NCBI GenBank assembly: GCA_021158625.1 | Contig: JAGGUG010000126.1 | Coordinates: 1-47,071, forward strand | Direction: 5' to 3' | Length of the DNA stretch: 47,071 nucleotides | DNA from: Candidatus Omnitrophota bacterium | Lineage (GTDB): Bacteria; Omnitrophota; 4484-213 | Shown: positions 18,387 to 27,156 of the stretch, in pieces | How positions within the stretch are numbered: the stretch's first letter is position 1 | Layout of the letters: the number at the start of each line of letters is the position of its first letter | Notes under the pieces: generated by a model | Database searches by the model: none | The model's input: the letters and a program-made list of their open reading frames with translations, nothing else | Told to the model about the DNA's origin: nothing | Position numbers and translations under genes: made by a program

Positions 18387-18441
18387 TGCCGAGGATATGC
18401 AAATCTGCCTTCAGCAGGATGAAATCTCCCGAAGGCAGATT

Positions 18442-18518
18442 TGGTAGCGGGGAGAGGATTCGAACCTCTGACCTTTAGGTTATGGGCCTAACGAGCTACC
18501 AGGCTGCTCCACCCCGCA
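18442..18518 (-). tRNA. tRNA-Met (CAU), initiator type
   Basis: A 77-nt cloverleaf was folded by hand: TGCGGGG-TG-GAGC-AGCCTGGTA-GCTC-G-TTAGG-CCCATAA-CCTAA-AGGTC-AGAGG-TTCGAAT-CCTCT-CCCCGCT-A-CCA. It has a 1:72 mismatch and A11:U24, and its D-arm closely resembles my recollection of the E. coli tRNA-fMet D-arm. CCA is encoded. Confidence 0.85.
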
Positions 18519-18665
18519 CCGTATATGCTTCGCTATTGGTCGGCATTGATTATGTAGATTAAATACTCATTACCGCGATTACAAAGAGGGTTTAATCTCT
18601 ACAAACTTCTGAAATCCCTGCCTGTGGCCGGCAGGGATGTAACCAAGTTAGCATCAACTTTCTTA

Positions 18666-18694
18666 ATACTAACCGATTTTTGTTAAAATGTCAA
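18666..18694 (-). promoter_or_regulatory. Sigma70-like promoter upstream of tRNA-fMet
   Basis: Minus strand TTGACA-17 nt-TAGTAT. The -35 box overlaps the cysS TGA stop. Confidence 0.55.
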
Positions 18695-20124
18695 GAGACT
18701 TTCTTCCAACGCCCTCCATCTTTTGTATCCTCTAAGATAATCCCTCTTTTCTTTAATTCTTCTCTTATTCTATCGGCTAATTCAAAATCTCTCTTTCTGC
18801 GGGCTTCTTCTCTTTGTTCAATTAATCTTCTCTCTTCCTCATCAATCTCTTTCGGGGAATCAAATTTGAGAATTCCTAATACACTATTAATCTTCTCAAT
18901 CAAACCTGCTGCTTCTCGTAAATCGCTCTCTCCAATCCTTTCTTCACTGATTGCCTTATTGATATCCTTAATTAGGTCAAATAAAGCAGCAAGGGCAGAA
19001 GAAATATTCAGGTCATCGTCCATTGCTTTTTCAAAGTCCTCCTCCGCCCTTCTTATCCTATCTTTGAAAGATAGTTTACTTGCACCTCCGGTGTGCAAGT
19101 AGCTCTTGATATTCAAATAAAAATCGTTCAATTTTTTGAGGGTTTGTTTGGCTTGCCTTAAACCGTCAAGGGTAAAATTCAAACTATGCCGGTAATGAGT
19201 GGACAAAAGCAGAAATCTTATTGCCAAGGGATCATATCCCCTCTCCAATAAATCGCGCAGGGTAAAGAAATTTCCTTTTGATTTGGACATCTTCTCATTG
19301 TTCACCAATAAAAATTTACAATGCAGCCAATAATTAACAAATTTTTTGCCTGTAGCCGCTTCGCTCTGGGCAATCTCATTTTCGTGATGGGGAAAGATGT
19401 TGTCCTCTCCTCCGGTATGAATATCAAAACTTTCTCCTAAATACTTCATTGACATTGCTGAACATTCAATATGCCAGCCCGGTCTGCCTCTTTCCTTCCC
19501 CGGGCCTGGCCAGGATGGTTCATCCTCCTTCGCCTTTTTCCATAAAACAAAATCGGCCGGGTTTTCTTTATCGTATTCATCGGCGTCCTCCCGCCTTTGT
19601 TCGCCTGCGGCAGAGCTCGGTGGCCAAGTTGGGCGCTGAGTATCAGATAAAGGTTTGCCTGAGAGTTTCCCGTACTCTTTAAATTGAGAAATCTGGAAGT
19701 AAATTGAGCCATCTTTCTCGTAAGCAAAACCTTTTTTTAAGAGAACCTTTATCAACTCTACCATCTCAGGGATATGCTCTGTTGCTCGGGGGTACTCCTC
19801 TACTTTCTCAATATTCAGTTTTTCTAAATCCTCAAAAAAGGCATCGGTATATCTTTTAGTAAAATCACTTAGTTTAATTCCCTCTCTTTTTGCTCCCGCG
19901 ATTGTCTTATCGTCAACATCAGTAATATTCATCACCTGAAGGACACGGTAGCCCTTATATTTTAGATAGCGTCGCAAGAGGTCTTCAAATACATAAGCTC
20001 GAAAATTACCGATATGGGCGAAGTCATAGACCGTCGGACCACAGCTATATATCTTTACAATTCCTTTCTTTAAGGCAGAGAACTTCTCTTTCTTGCGGCT
20101 AAGGGTGTTATAGAAACAAAGCAT
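18691..20124 (-). CDS. cysS: Cysteine--tRNA ligase
   Basis: 477 aa. HIGN (FAHIGNFRAY), GRPGWHIECSAM and KMSKS are present. Confidence 0.95.
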   Translation of the reverse strand: MLCFYNTLSRKKEKFSALKKGIVKIYSCGPTVYDFAHIGNFRAYVFEDLLRRYLKYKGYRVLQVMNITDVDDKTIAGAKREGIKLSDFTKRYTDAFFEDLEKLNIEKVEEYPRATEHIPEMVELIKVLLKKGFAYEKDGSIYFQISQFKEYGKLSGKPLSDTQRPTWPPSSAAGEQRREDADEYDKENPADFVLWKKAKEDEPSWPGPGKERGRPGWHIECSAMSMKYLGESFDIHTGGEDNIFPHHENEIAQSEAATGKKFVNYWLHCKFLLVNNEKMSKSKGNFFTLRDLLERGYDPLAIRFLLLSTHYRHSLNFTLDGLRQAKQTLKKLNDFYLNIKSYLHTGGASKLSFKDRIRRAEEDFEKAMDDDLNISSALAALFDLIKDINKAISEERIGESDLREAAGLIEKINSVLGILKFDSPKEIDEEERRLIEQREEARRKRDFELADRIREELKKRGIILEDTKDGGRWKKVS

Positions 20125-20171
20125 TTTTTAAATTATCAACACAACTTTTGGAAAATGAGATCTATGTTGAG

Positions 20172-21302
20172 CTATACTTTCTCATAAGGGTCAAACAACT
20201 TTTTATATTCCTCGAGAGCAAATCTATCGGTCATTCCGGCGATATAATCACAGATTGTTCTCTCTAATCCTTCCTTTTCAATTTTCTCCTGGCAGGAGAA
20301 AGGCAGTTGCGTCGGTTTCTTTAAATATATCTCGAAAAGCTGCTTAATAAACCGCTGAGCTTTGTTTGTCATCCGCATTACCCGATAGTGGCAGTAAAGA
20401 TTCTTGAATAAAAAATCTTTCAATTGCTTACGCTTCTCAAATATCTCTTTGCTAAAGGAAATTAAACCCTCTGATTTATGAACCTCTTCTCTACTTTTAA
20501 TATCCTTTAATCTTCTTTCCGATTCGTTTATTAAATCAGTAGTGGTAAGATTTATCAGGGATTTTATGGTTTGATATTTTAATATCTCTTTGTTAGTAAT
20601 TTTTTTAGCTAATGGTTCATAGATATCTCGCCAGATTTTTACCTTTAAGAGCTGCTCTTCGTCAATTAAGTTAGCGGTAAGCCCGTCGTCTAAATCGTGG
20701 CTGTCATAAGCAATCTCGTCGGCTAGATTTACTACCTGCGCCTCTAAGGTGGGTTGTTTATTCTTGAATTCTTTATTTGCCTGGTCAAAAATAGTCTTAT
20801 GCTTGGCAATCCCTTCACGCGTCTCATAGCTTAAATTTAACCCCTTAAAATCAGGATACCTCTGCTCCAATAAATCAACAACCCTTAGGCCCTGCTGATT
20901 GTGCTCAAAACCGCCAAAATTCTGCATCAACTCTCGAAGAGCATTTTCGCCGGCATGACCAAAAGGGGTATGCCCGATATCGTGGGCAAGGGCAATTGCT
21001 TCGGTTAAATCCTCATTTAGTCTCAAAGAACGGGCAATAGAAACAGCAATCTGGGCTACTTCTAAAGTATGCGTAAGCCGGGTGCGGTAATAATCGCCCT
21101 CGTGATTTACAAACACCTGGGTCTTGTATTCTAATTTACGAAAGGCATTGGAATGAATAATGCGGTCGCGGTCGCGTTGATAAACCGAACGAAAGGGGTG
21201 TTCTTCTTCTTTATGAACCCTTCCTTGCGTATATTTACTTTTAGCCGCATAAGGAGCAAGAATTTCCTCTTCTCTTTGCTCTAATTGTTCACGGGTTAGC
21301 AT
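20172..21302 (-). CDS. dgt: dGTP triphosphohydrolase-like HD-domain protein
   Basis: 376 aa. RTRLTHTLEV, HDIGHTPFGH and DRFALEEY are typical of the Dgt subfamily. Confidence 0.88.
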   Translation of the reverse strand: MLTREQLEQREEEILAPYAAKSKYTQGRVHKEEEHPFRSVYQRDRDRIIHSNAFRKLEYKTQVFVNHEGDYYRTRLTHTLEVAQIAVSIARSLRLNEDLTEAIALAHDIGHTPFGHAGENALRELMQNFGGFEHNQQGLRVVDLLEQRYPDFKGLNLSYETREGIAKHKTIFDQANKEFKNKQPTLEAQVVNLADEIAYDSHDLDDGLTANLIDEEQLLKVKIWRDIYEPLAKKITNKEILKYQTIKSLINLTTTDLINESERRLKDIKSREEVHKSEGLISFSKEIFEKRKQLKDFLFKNLYCHYRVMRMTNKAQRFIKQLFEIYLKKPTQLPFSCQEKIEKEGLERTICDYIAGMTDRFALEEYKKLFDPYEKV

Positions 21303-21315
21303 TCAATGAGCACGT

Positions 21316-21344
21316 AACCCAGCACTTTCTGGAAGTGCTGGGTT
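21316..21344. repeat. Family B-related perfect hairpin
   Basis: AACCCAGCACTT-tctgg-AAGTGCTGGGTT. Confidence 0.8.
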
Positions 21345-21389
21345 GCTGTACGAATTTCCGCCGTCGCCAAGGCTTTGGCGGACAAGGAA

Positions 21390-21487
21390 CCCAGCACTAA
21401 TTTTCATAGAAATCAGTGATTGCTTTGTTTGAAAATATAAGGTTGTTATTTATAGATTAATTTTGTGTCTCAAAAATTAGTGCTGGG
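21390..21487. repeat. Family B inverted-repeat element (long interior)
   Basis: CCCAGCACTAATTTT-N68-AAAATTAGTGCTGGG. Confidence 0.8.
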
Positions 21488-21493
21488 CAAGTT

Positions 21494-21823
21494 TCATTTA
21501 TTCTTCTCTACATATTTCATCCTTGTCTCATAAAGCAAATTCTTTAACATCTCTTCCTCATCTTTATCCAGATTCCCTTTGGTTTTTTGCTCCAAAATTT
21601 CTAAAATATCAATTGTTTGCTTTGCCTGTTTTAAGTCCTGTTCCTTTTTATTGGTCAAGGGATTGACAATCTCTCCCAAATGCATCAGCGCCTGCATTCC
21701 TAAACTGGAAATGAACAAACTAAAACTCATCTTGAGAGGGGGTATCTGATTTTGAGACTCCTTTCCCTTACTATTTTCTTCACTCTCTTTTTCTCTATTC
21801 AGCACTTCCTCTTTAGCGTCCAT
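21494..21823 (-). CDS. DUF1844-like small acidic protein
   Basis: 109 aa. The pattern F..SL...AL.HLGE..NP.T......L..AK..IDILE.L..KTKGNL matches my recollection of DUF1844. It overlaps the cstA stop by 11 nt. Confidence 0.6.
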   Translation of the reverse strand: MDAKEEVLNREKESEENSKGKESQNQIPPLKMSFSLFISSLGMQALMHLGEIVNPLTNKKEQDLKQAKQTIDILEILEQKTKGNLDKDEEEMLKNLLYETRMKYVEKNK

Positions 21824-23429
21824 TTTCCCTCCATACCCTTATTCCCTTCCCTAACATAATCAAGGCAAGGATAATCAAGGTTAAATCGATTACAAATAAG
21901 AGATATTTTCCAGTGCTAAAGAATTCTTTGCCTTGATAGAACAGAGCGGCTATGGTAGTGACAAAAATAAAGAGACACGGAGCAAGGGTATAGATTACCT
22001 TTTTCCCTTTTCTTTTTAAATAAACACTAATCACCAATAAGGTTAAAGCGGCGACAAGTTGATTAGAGGCGCCAAATGCCGGCCAGAGAACCTGCCAGCT
22101 CCCCAGGGTTAAATAACCAGCAAGTAATATAATAGCCGTAGTAATCAAATAGCGGTTTTTACCTATTTTAATTTCTCCGAGAAGTTCCTCTCCGATATAA
22201 CGGCTAATTCGGGTTGCTGAGTCCAGGGTAGTCATTACAAATGTCTTTAAGGTAGTAATAGCAATGAGTGCTCCTAATCCACCAAATATAGGTTTGGTCA
22301 ATTCTCCATATCCCATACCAAAGGTAACAATCCAACCTTTCTCCTTGACCAATTCGGGATAAACCAAATTGGGAAATTGCTTGCTTTTCCAATATAAACT
22401 GGCAGAGACAGCAACAAGGGTTAAAACCGCCAGCACCCCTTCTAAAAGCATCCCCCCATAGCCAATCTTTTGGGCATCCCTTTCGCTGGCCAATTGTTTT
22501 GAGGTGGTTCCCGAGGCAACCAGGGAATGAAAGCCGGAGAGTGCTCCGCAGGCAATCAGAACAAAGAGCATTGGCCAGAGATTTCCTTGTCCTGATTTCC
22601 AGGAAACAAAAGCCGGAGCGTGCATCTGGGGATGGGTCAGAACAATCCCTAAATAACCAAAAAATAGACCAAAGAAAAGCACAAAAGTAGCCAGATAATC
22701 ACGCGGTTGCAAGAGAAGATTTACCGGGAGCACAGAAGCGATGAAGGCATAGATTAAAAGAACGATTGTCCAGATAGTTGCCGCATTCGCTCCTAATTTT
22801 ATTGGAAAATAATAACCTAAAATAATCAAACCAAACAGCAAACCAACGCCAGTCAAAGTAGAAATTATTTGATTAACCCGCCAGCGATAGAGCATAAAAC
22901 CGAGCAACGCAGCAACCAGGATTAAACCAAATGTAGGGATAACTACCTGCGGCTGGACAGCAAGCGTCTTTCCACCCACTGCCGCAAATACGGCGATTAC
23001 CAGGATTAAGCTCAATAAAAGAAAAGAGGCGAAAATTATTTTTACAAAATAACCGAGGGTAGTTTTAGAAACATCGGCAATAGAGATACCCTGATGGCGC
23101 AAAGAGATCATTAGCGTAGAAAAATCGTGTACTCCCCCTAAAAATATTGAACCCAAGACAATCCAGATTAGAGCAGGTAACCAGCCAAATAAGGCGCAGG
23201 CAATTACTGGTCCAATTATTGGACCCGCCCCCGCAATAGAAGAAAAGTGGTGGCCAAATAGAATTGACCAATGTTTTGCTGGCACAAAATCTATTCCATC
23301 CTGCCGGCTATAAGCAGGAGTGATATTTTTGGGATTGACTTCCCAAAAGCGGGCAATTTTTCTGCCATAGAGTCGGTAACCAAAGATAAATAGAACCAAA
23401 CTACTAAAGGCAATAATTAAAGAGTTCAC
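21813..23429 (-). CDS. cstA: Carbon starvation protein A family transporter
   Basis: 538 aa and polytopic. The N-terminal motif is FGHHFSSIAGAGPIIGPV. Confidence 0.88.
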   Translation of the reverse strand: MNSLIIAFSSLVLFIFGYRLYGRKIARFWEVNPKNITPAYSRQDGIDFVPAKHWSILFGHHFSSIAGAGPIIGPVIACALFGWLPALIWIVLGSIFLGGVHDFSTLMISLRHQGISIADVSKTTLGYFVKIIFASFLLLSLILVIAVFAAVGGKTLAVQPQVVIPTFGLILVAALLGFMLYRWRVNQIISTLTGVGLLFGLIILGYYFPIKLGANAATIWTIVLLIYAFIASVLPVNLLLQPRDYLATFVLFFGLFFGYLGIVLTHPQMHAPAFVSWKSGQGNLWPMLFVLIACGALSGFHSLVASGTTSKQLASERDAQKIGYGGMLLEGVLAVLTLVAVSASLYWKSKQFPNLVYPELVKEKGWIVTFGMGYGELTKPIFGGLGALIAITTLKTFVMTTLDSATRISRYIGEELLGEIKIGKNRYLITTAIILLAGYLTLGSWQVLWPAFGASNQLVAALTLLVISVYLKRKGKKVIYTLAPCLFIFVTTIAALFYQGKEFFSTGKYLLFVIDLTLIILALIMLGKGIRVWRENGR

Positions 23430-24262
23430 CGTTTTACACTCCTTTTCATTAGCTCAATAGGGGCCTTTTCCCCTGTCCAGAGTTCAAAAGAGAGAGCAGC
23501 CTGCTGAATGAGCATCCCCAGACCACTCACTGCTTTTAATCCCTTTTTTCTTGCCGCCCTTAACAACTTTGTTTCTGCTGGGTTATAAATAAGATCAAAG
23601 ACGAGCAATTGTGGAGAGAAATAAACTGGATTAACAAGTAAATTATCGTTGGGATTCATTCCTATCGGTGTGGCGTTAACCAAAAGGTGTGAGTTTCTAA
23701 TTGCCTCTTGATTGTGAGTATGGGTTAATTCTAGTCTTGTATTCGGAAAATTCTTTTGAATATTCTCGGCTAAAGCCTTTGCTTTCTTTTTATTCTTCTC
23801 AACAATAAAAATTTGCCTTGCCCCATATTTTGCCAGACTGATGCCTACTGCCTTTCCTGCTCCCCCGGCGCCCATAAGAAAAACAGTTTTATCCCCGGGC
23901 TCAAATCTTAAATCCTCCTTCAATGCCTTGATAAAACCTTCAGCGTCGGTATTGTAGCCAATCAACCTATTTTCTCTGTTGACAATTGTATTTACCGCTC
24001 CGATGAGTTTGGCAGTCTTTTCTATTTCATCTAAATGAGAGAGGCAAGTCTCTTTATGAGGAATGGTTAGATTTACCCCTTGAATATTTAGTGCCCTTAT
24101 TCCTTCTATTGCTTCCTTTATATTCTCGGGTTTAGTCTCAAAACATAGATAACAGGCGTCTATTTTTTTTGCTTCAAAAGCAGAATTATGAATTAAAGGT
24201 GAAAAACTATGTCTTACCGGATAGCCCAATAGCCCGTAGATTTTTGTTTTGGAAGTGAGCAT
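23426..24262 (-). CDS. aroE: Shikimate dehydrogenase
   Basis: 278 aa. HSFSPLIHN, NLTIPHK and GAGGAGKAV are present. Confidence 0.9.
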   Translation of the reverse strand: MLTSKTKIYGLLGYPVRHSFSPLIHNSAFEAKKIDACYLCFETKPENIKEAIEGIRALNIQGVNLTIPHKETCLSHLDEIEKTAKLIGAVNTIVNRENRLIGYNTDAEGFIKALKEDLRFEPGDKTVFLMGAGGAGKAVGISLAKYGARQIFIVEKNKKKAKALAENIQKNFPNTRLELTHTHNQEAIRNSHLLVNATPIGMNPNDNLLVNPVYFSPQLLVFDLIYNPAETKLLRAARKKGLKAVSGLGMLIQQAALSFELWTGEKAPIELMKRSVKR

Positions 24263-24266
24263 TTTT

Positions 24267-24372
24267 CAGGCTACAAGTTTCAGGCTACATCTGCCCGCCA
24301 TCTCGCAGGTGAAGGGGCTTCGGGCTTTTTTGTTTTTTAGCCTGCAACTTGCGGCTTGTAGCTTGCAGCTTG
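24267..24372. repeat. Family C low-complexity hairpin
   Basis: caggctacaagtttcaggctaca ... agcctgcaacttgcggcttgtagcttgcagcttg. It spans the leuA 3' end to the aroE start. Confidence 0.7.
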
Positions 24373-25853
24373 TTTACCGCCTCCAGATATGCCTTTGCGC
24401 TTGCTTCAATAATATCGGTGCTTGCCCCGCGGGCGGTAATTATCTCATCCTTAAATCGAACCTTAATGCTAACCTCTCCGAGGGCATCCTTCCCCGAAGT
24501 AATTGCCTGCAAAGAATAATCCAGGAGTTTCCCCTTTAACCCCGTAATTCTTTCAATTGTTTTATAACAAGCATCAATAGGGCCATCGCCACAGGCAGAG
24601 TCTTCTAATATTTCCTCACCCTTTTTCAGTCTTATCGTCGCTGTAGGCACAGTTTTATTCCCGCTACTGATATGGATGTATTCTAATTGCCAGACCTGGG
24701 GAATCCTCTTTTTGACTTCATCTAAAATTATCTCTAAATCCTCATCGAAAACCTCTTTCTTTTTATCAGCAATTTGCTTAAATTGAATAAAGAATTTGGC
24801 AAATTCCTTTTTTGTCAGATGATAACCCATCCTTTTTAGATGTTCCTCTAATGCGTGACTACCTGAATGCTTACCCAAGACCAATCGACTTTCTTTTACC
24901 CCTACATCTTTGGGGTTAATTATTTCATAAGTTGTTCTCTTCTTCAGAATTCCATCCTGATGGATTCCGGCTTCGTGGGCAAAGGCATTGCTTCCGACAA
25001 TAGCCTTATTGGGTTGAACTGGAATGCCTGTAAGATGGCTGACCAAATGGCTAACCTTAAACAGCTCCTCGGTTTTTATATTCGTCTCCCTTCGGAAGAT
25101 CTCCGGATGCAGTTTTATATTCATCACCACTTCTTCCAACGAGGCATTGCCAGCGCGTTCGCCAATGCCGTTGACCGTGCACTCAACCTGGTTAGCCCCC
25201 TCTTCCACGGCAGCTAAGGAGTTAGCCACAGCCAGTCCTAAATCGTTATGGCAATGCACACTCAAGTTAACATCCTTAAAAGAAATTTGTTGTCTCAGGT
25301 CTCTGATTAGTTTAGTAAATTGGGATGGGAAAATGCAGCCTACCGTGTCTGGGATATTGATGGTAGTCGCTCCGGCCGCAATTGCCGCCTGAACTACCTC
25401 CACCAAAAAATTAAAATCGGTGCGCGTAGCGTCCTCGGGAGAAAACTCAATGTCGTCGATAAAGCGCCTCGCATATCTTATACTCTCCACAGTCAACCTC
25501 AGAATCTCCTCCTTTGCCTTTTTTAATTTGTATTTTAGATGAATCTCAGAGGTAGCGCAAAAGATATGAAGGCGCGGTTTATTTGCCTTATCCAAGGCTT
25601 TTAGACAACAATCAATATCCTTCGTGAGGGTGCGCGCTAATCCGGCAATTATCGGCTTCTTTACCTTTCTGCAGATCTCTCTGATTGCCTCTATCTCCCC
25701 CGGTGAAGAAGCCGGATAACCAGCCTCAATTATATCCACATTAAGACGAGCAAGCTGTTCGGCAATGCTCAATTTCTGCTCGGGAGTCAAACTTGCTCCT
25801 GGTGACTGCTCGCCATCTCTAAGAGTTGTATCAAATATCAGTATTTTGTCCAT
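24285..25853 (-). CDS. leuA: 2-isopropylmalate synthase (or the closely related citramalate synthase)
   Basis: 522 aa. LRDGEQSPG, HCHNDLGLAVANSLAAVEEGA and a C-terminal LeuA dimerisation/regulatory domain are present. The last ~26 codons are read from a family C repeat. Confidence 0.88.
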   Translation of the reverse strand: MDKILIFDTTLRDGEQSPGASLTPEQKLSIAEQLARLNVDIIEAGYPASSPGEIEAIREICRKVKKPIIAGLARTLTKDIDCCLKALDKANKPRLHIFCATSEIHLKYKLKKAKEEILRLTVESIRYARRFIDDIEFSPEDATRTDFNFLVEVVQAAIAAGATTINIPDTVGCIFPSQFTKLIRDLRQQISFKDVNLSVHCHNDLGLAVANSLAAVEEGANQVECTVNGIGERAGNASLEEVVMNIKLHPEIFRRETNIKTEELFKVSHLVSHLTGIPVQPNKAIVGSNAFAHEAGIHQDGILKKRTTYEIINPKDVGVKESRLVLGKHSGSHALEEHLKRMGYHLTKKEFAKFFIQFKQIADKKKEVFDEDLEIILDEVKKRIPQVWQLEYIHISSGNKTVPTATIRLKKGEEILEDSACGDGPIDACYKTIERITGLKGKLLDYSLQAITSGKDALGEVSIKVRFKDEIITARGASTDIIEASAKAYLEAVNKLQATSRKLQAKKQKSPKPLHLRDGGQM

Positions 25854-25936
25854 TTCTTACCCCTTTATCAAAACTTTCAAGAGCTTCCTTGTGTTACAAG
25901 AGATTTCTAACAGGGTTTAGTTCATTTAAGAGAAAT

Positions 25937-25965
25937 AGTATAACACCTTTCCTGCCCACTGTCAA
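25937..25965 (-). promoter_or_regulatory. Sigma70-like promoter upstream of leuA
   Basis: Minus strand TTGACA-17 nt-TATACT. A second TTGACA lies 13 nt further upstream. Confidence 0.6.
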
Positions 25966-26009
25966 TGCACCCTGTCAATAAAACATTAAGGTAAGACCTC
26001 TTTGTTGCA

Positions 26010-27065
26010 TTAGACACTAAACCGAAAGTCAATTATATCTCCGTCCTCAACAGGATAATCCTTTCCTTTGAGTAAGGCAAGCCCCGCCTTCTCAACTGCC
26101 TGTTTACTGCCCAATCTGAACAAATCAGCGCATTTGATTACCTGAGCACGGATGAAGCCTCGTTCTATGTCAGAGTGCACCTTGCCGGCAGCTTGGGGAG
26201 CTAATGTCCCACGGCGGACGCTCCAGGCGCGCACTTCATCCTTTCCGATGGTAAAAAAGGATATGAGACCCAAGAGCTGATAAGCCACTCGGGTGAGCTT
26301 GTGGGTAGCTGGTTCACCGATACCTAATTCTTTTAAAAACTCTTCCTGCTCCTCTTTTGATTCTAATTGAAAAAGCTCTTGCTCAATCTTTGCCGAAATC
26401 TGCACTGCCCCCACATTTCCATCGCTTTCTATCTTTCTTAGTAAATTTGGATCCTCCAGTTTATCTTCATCCACATTCAGAACAATGAGTTTCCTCTTGA
26501 GTGTCAACAAGGGATAATTATTAACGATTTTTTGCTCATTTTCATTCAAATTCAAGGTGAATAAGAATCTTTCTTGCTCTAATGTAGCTTTAAAATTAAG
26601 TAGAAGTTCTCTTTCCTTCTCCTGAATTCCCCTTTTTTCTTTTTTCTTTTCTTTATCTAACCTCTCCAGACGGAGTTCTACAAAAGCAAGGTCCTTTAGG
26701 AGCAATTCGCTATCAATCTTTTTAATATCGCGCAGAGGGTCTATACTCCCATCAATATGAAAGATAGTTTCATCTTTAAAAGCACGGATAACATAACAAA
26801 TTGCATTTACTTCCTCTAATGATTTAAACAGCGTCTGATTATGTTCGGACTCGTTGGTGAGAGCGGGGAGAAGGAAGAGTTCTATCACAGCTGGTATCTT
26901 TTTCTTATTCGGATAGAGTTCAGCAAGTTTATTTAGACGGGGGTCGTGGACCTCGGCCAAACCCTTACTTCCACTCCCGGAGTGGAGGGAGGTTAAGAGT
27001 TGAAAAAGGGTGTGCTTGCCACTCTGCGGCAAACCGATTATTGCAATTTGCATCAATGACGCCAC
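26010..27065 (-). CDS. ychF: YchF-family ribosome-binding ATPase
   Basis: 351 aa. It has G1 GLPQSGKHT, NVDE in place of NKxD, and a C-terminal YchF/TGS-like domain (FFTIGKDEVRAW, HSDIERGFIRA). The track start is GTG, and an ATG alternative lies at 27053. Confidence 0.82.
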   Translation of the reverse strand: MASLMQIAIIGLPQSGKHTLFQLLTSLHSGSGSKGLAEVHDPRLNKLAELYPNKKKIPAVIELFLLPALTNESEHNQTLFKSLEEVNAICYVIRAFKDETIFHIDGSIDPLRDIKKIDSELLLKDLAFVELRLERLDKEKKKEKRGIQEKERELLLNFKATLEQERFLFTLNLNENEQKIVNNYPLLTLKRKLIVLNVDEDKLEDPNLLRKIESDGNVGAVQISAKIEQELFQLESKEEQEEFLKELGIGEPATHKLTRVAYQLLGLISFFTIGKDEVRAWSVRRGTLAPQAAGKVHSDIERGFIRAQVIKCADLFRLGSKQAVEKAGLALLKGKDYPVEDGDIIDFRFSV

Positions 27066-27117
27066 AATTTAGGCGACCCCGAAGTTTCGGGGGAGGCTAA
27101 ATTGTATGGCGGAATTG

Positions 27118-27138
27118 ACCCAGCACTAATTTTCTGCT
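27118..27138. repeat. Family B solo left arm
   Basis: ACCCAGCACTAATTTTCTGCT is identical over 21 nt to 3564-3584. Confidence 0.7.
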
Positions 27139-27156
27139 GCGGTCTAAACCATCATA

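Noticed and set aside
18680-19102. The plus-strand 140-aa ORF, and other plus-strand ORFs (for example 24867-25217, 25024-25392 and 46436-46792).
   Set aside because: These are Ser/Leu-rich low-complexity shadows lying entirely antisense to well-supported genes (cysS, leuA, murB). They have no motifs and no SD.
19560-19640. A GC-rich stretch in cysS (DTQRPTWPPSSAAGEQRREDADEY) as a third in-frame repeat insertion.
   Set aside because: The region is about 12 aa longer than my recollection of the E. coli enzyme, but I found no bounding inverted repeat or match to the other families. It may simply be a variable loop.
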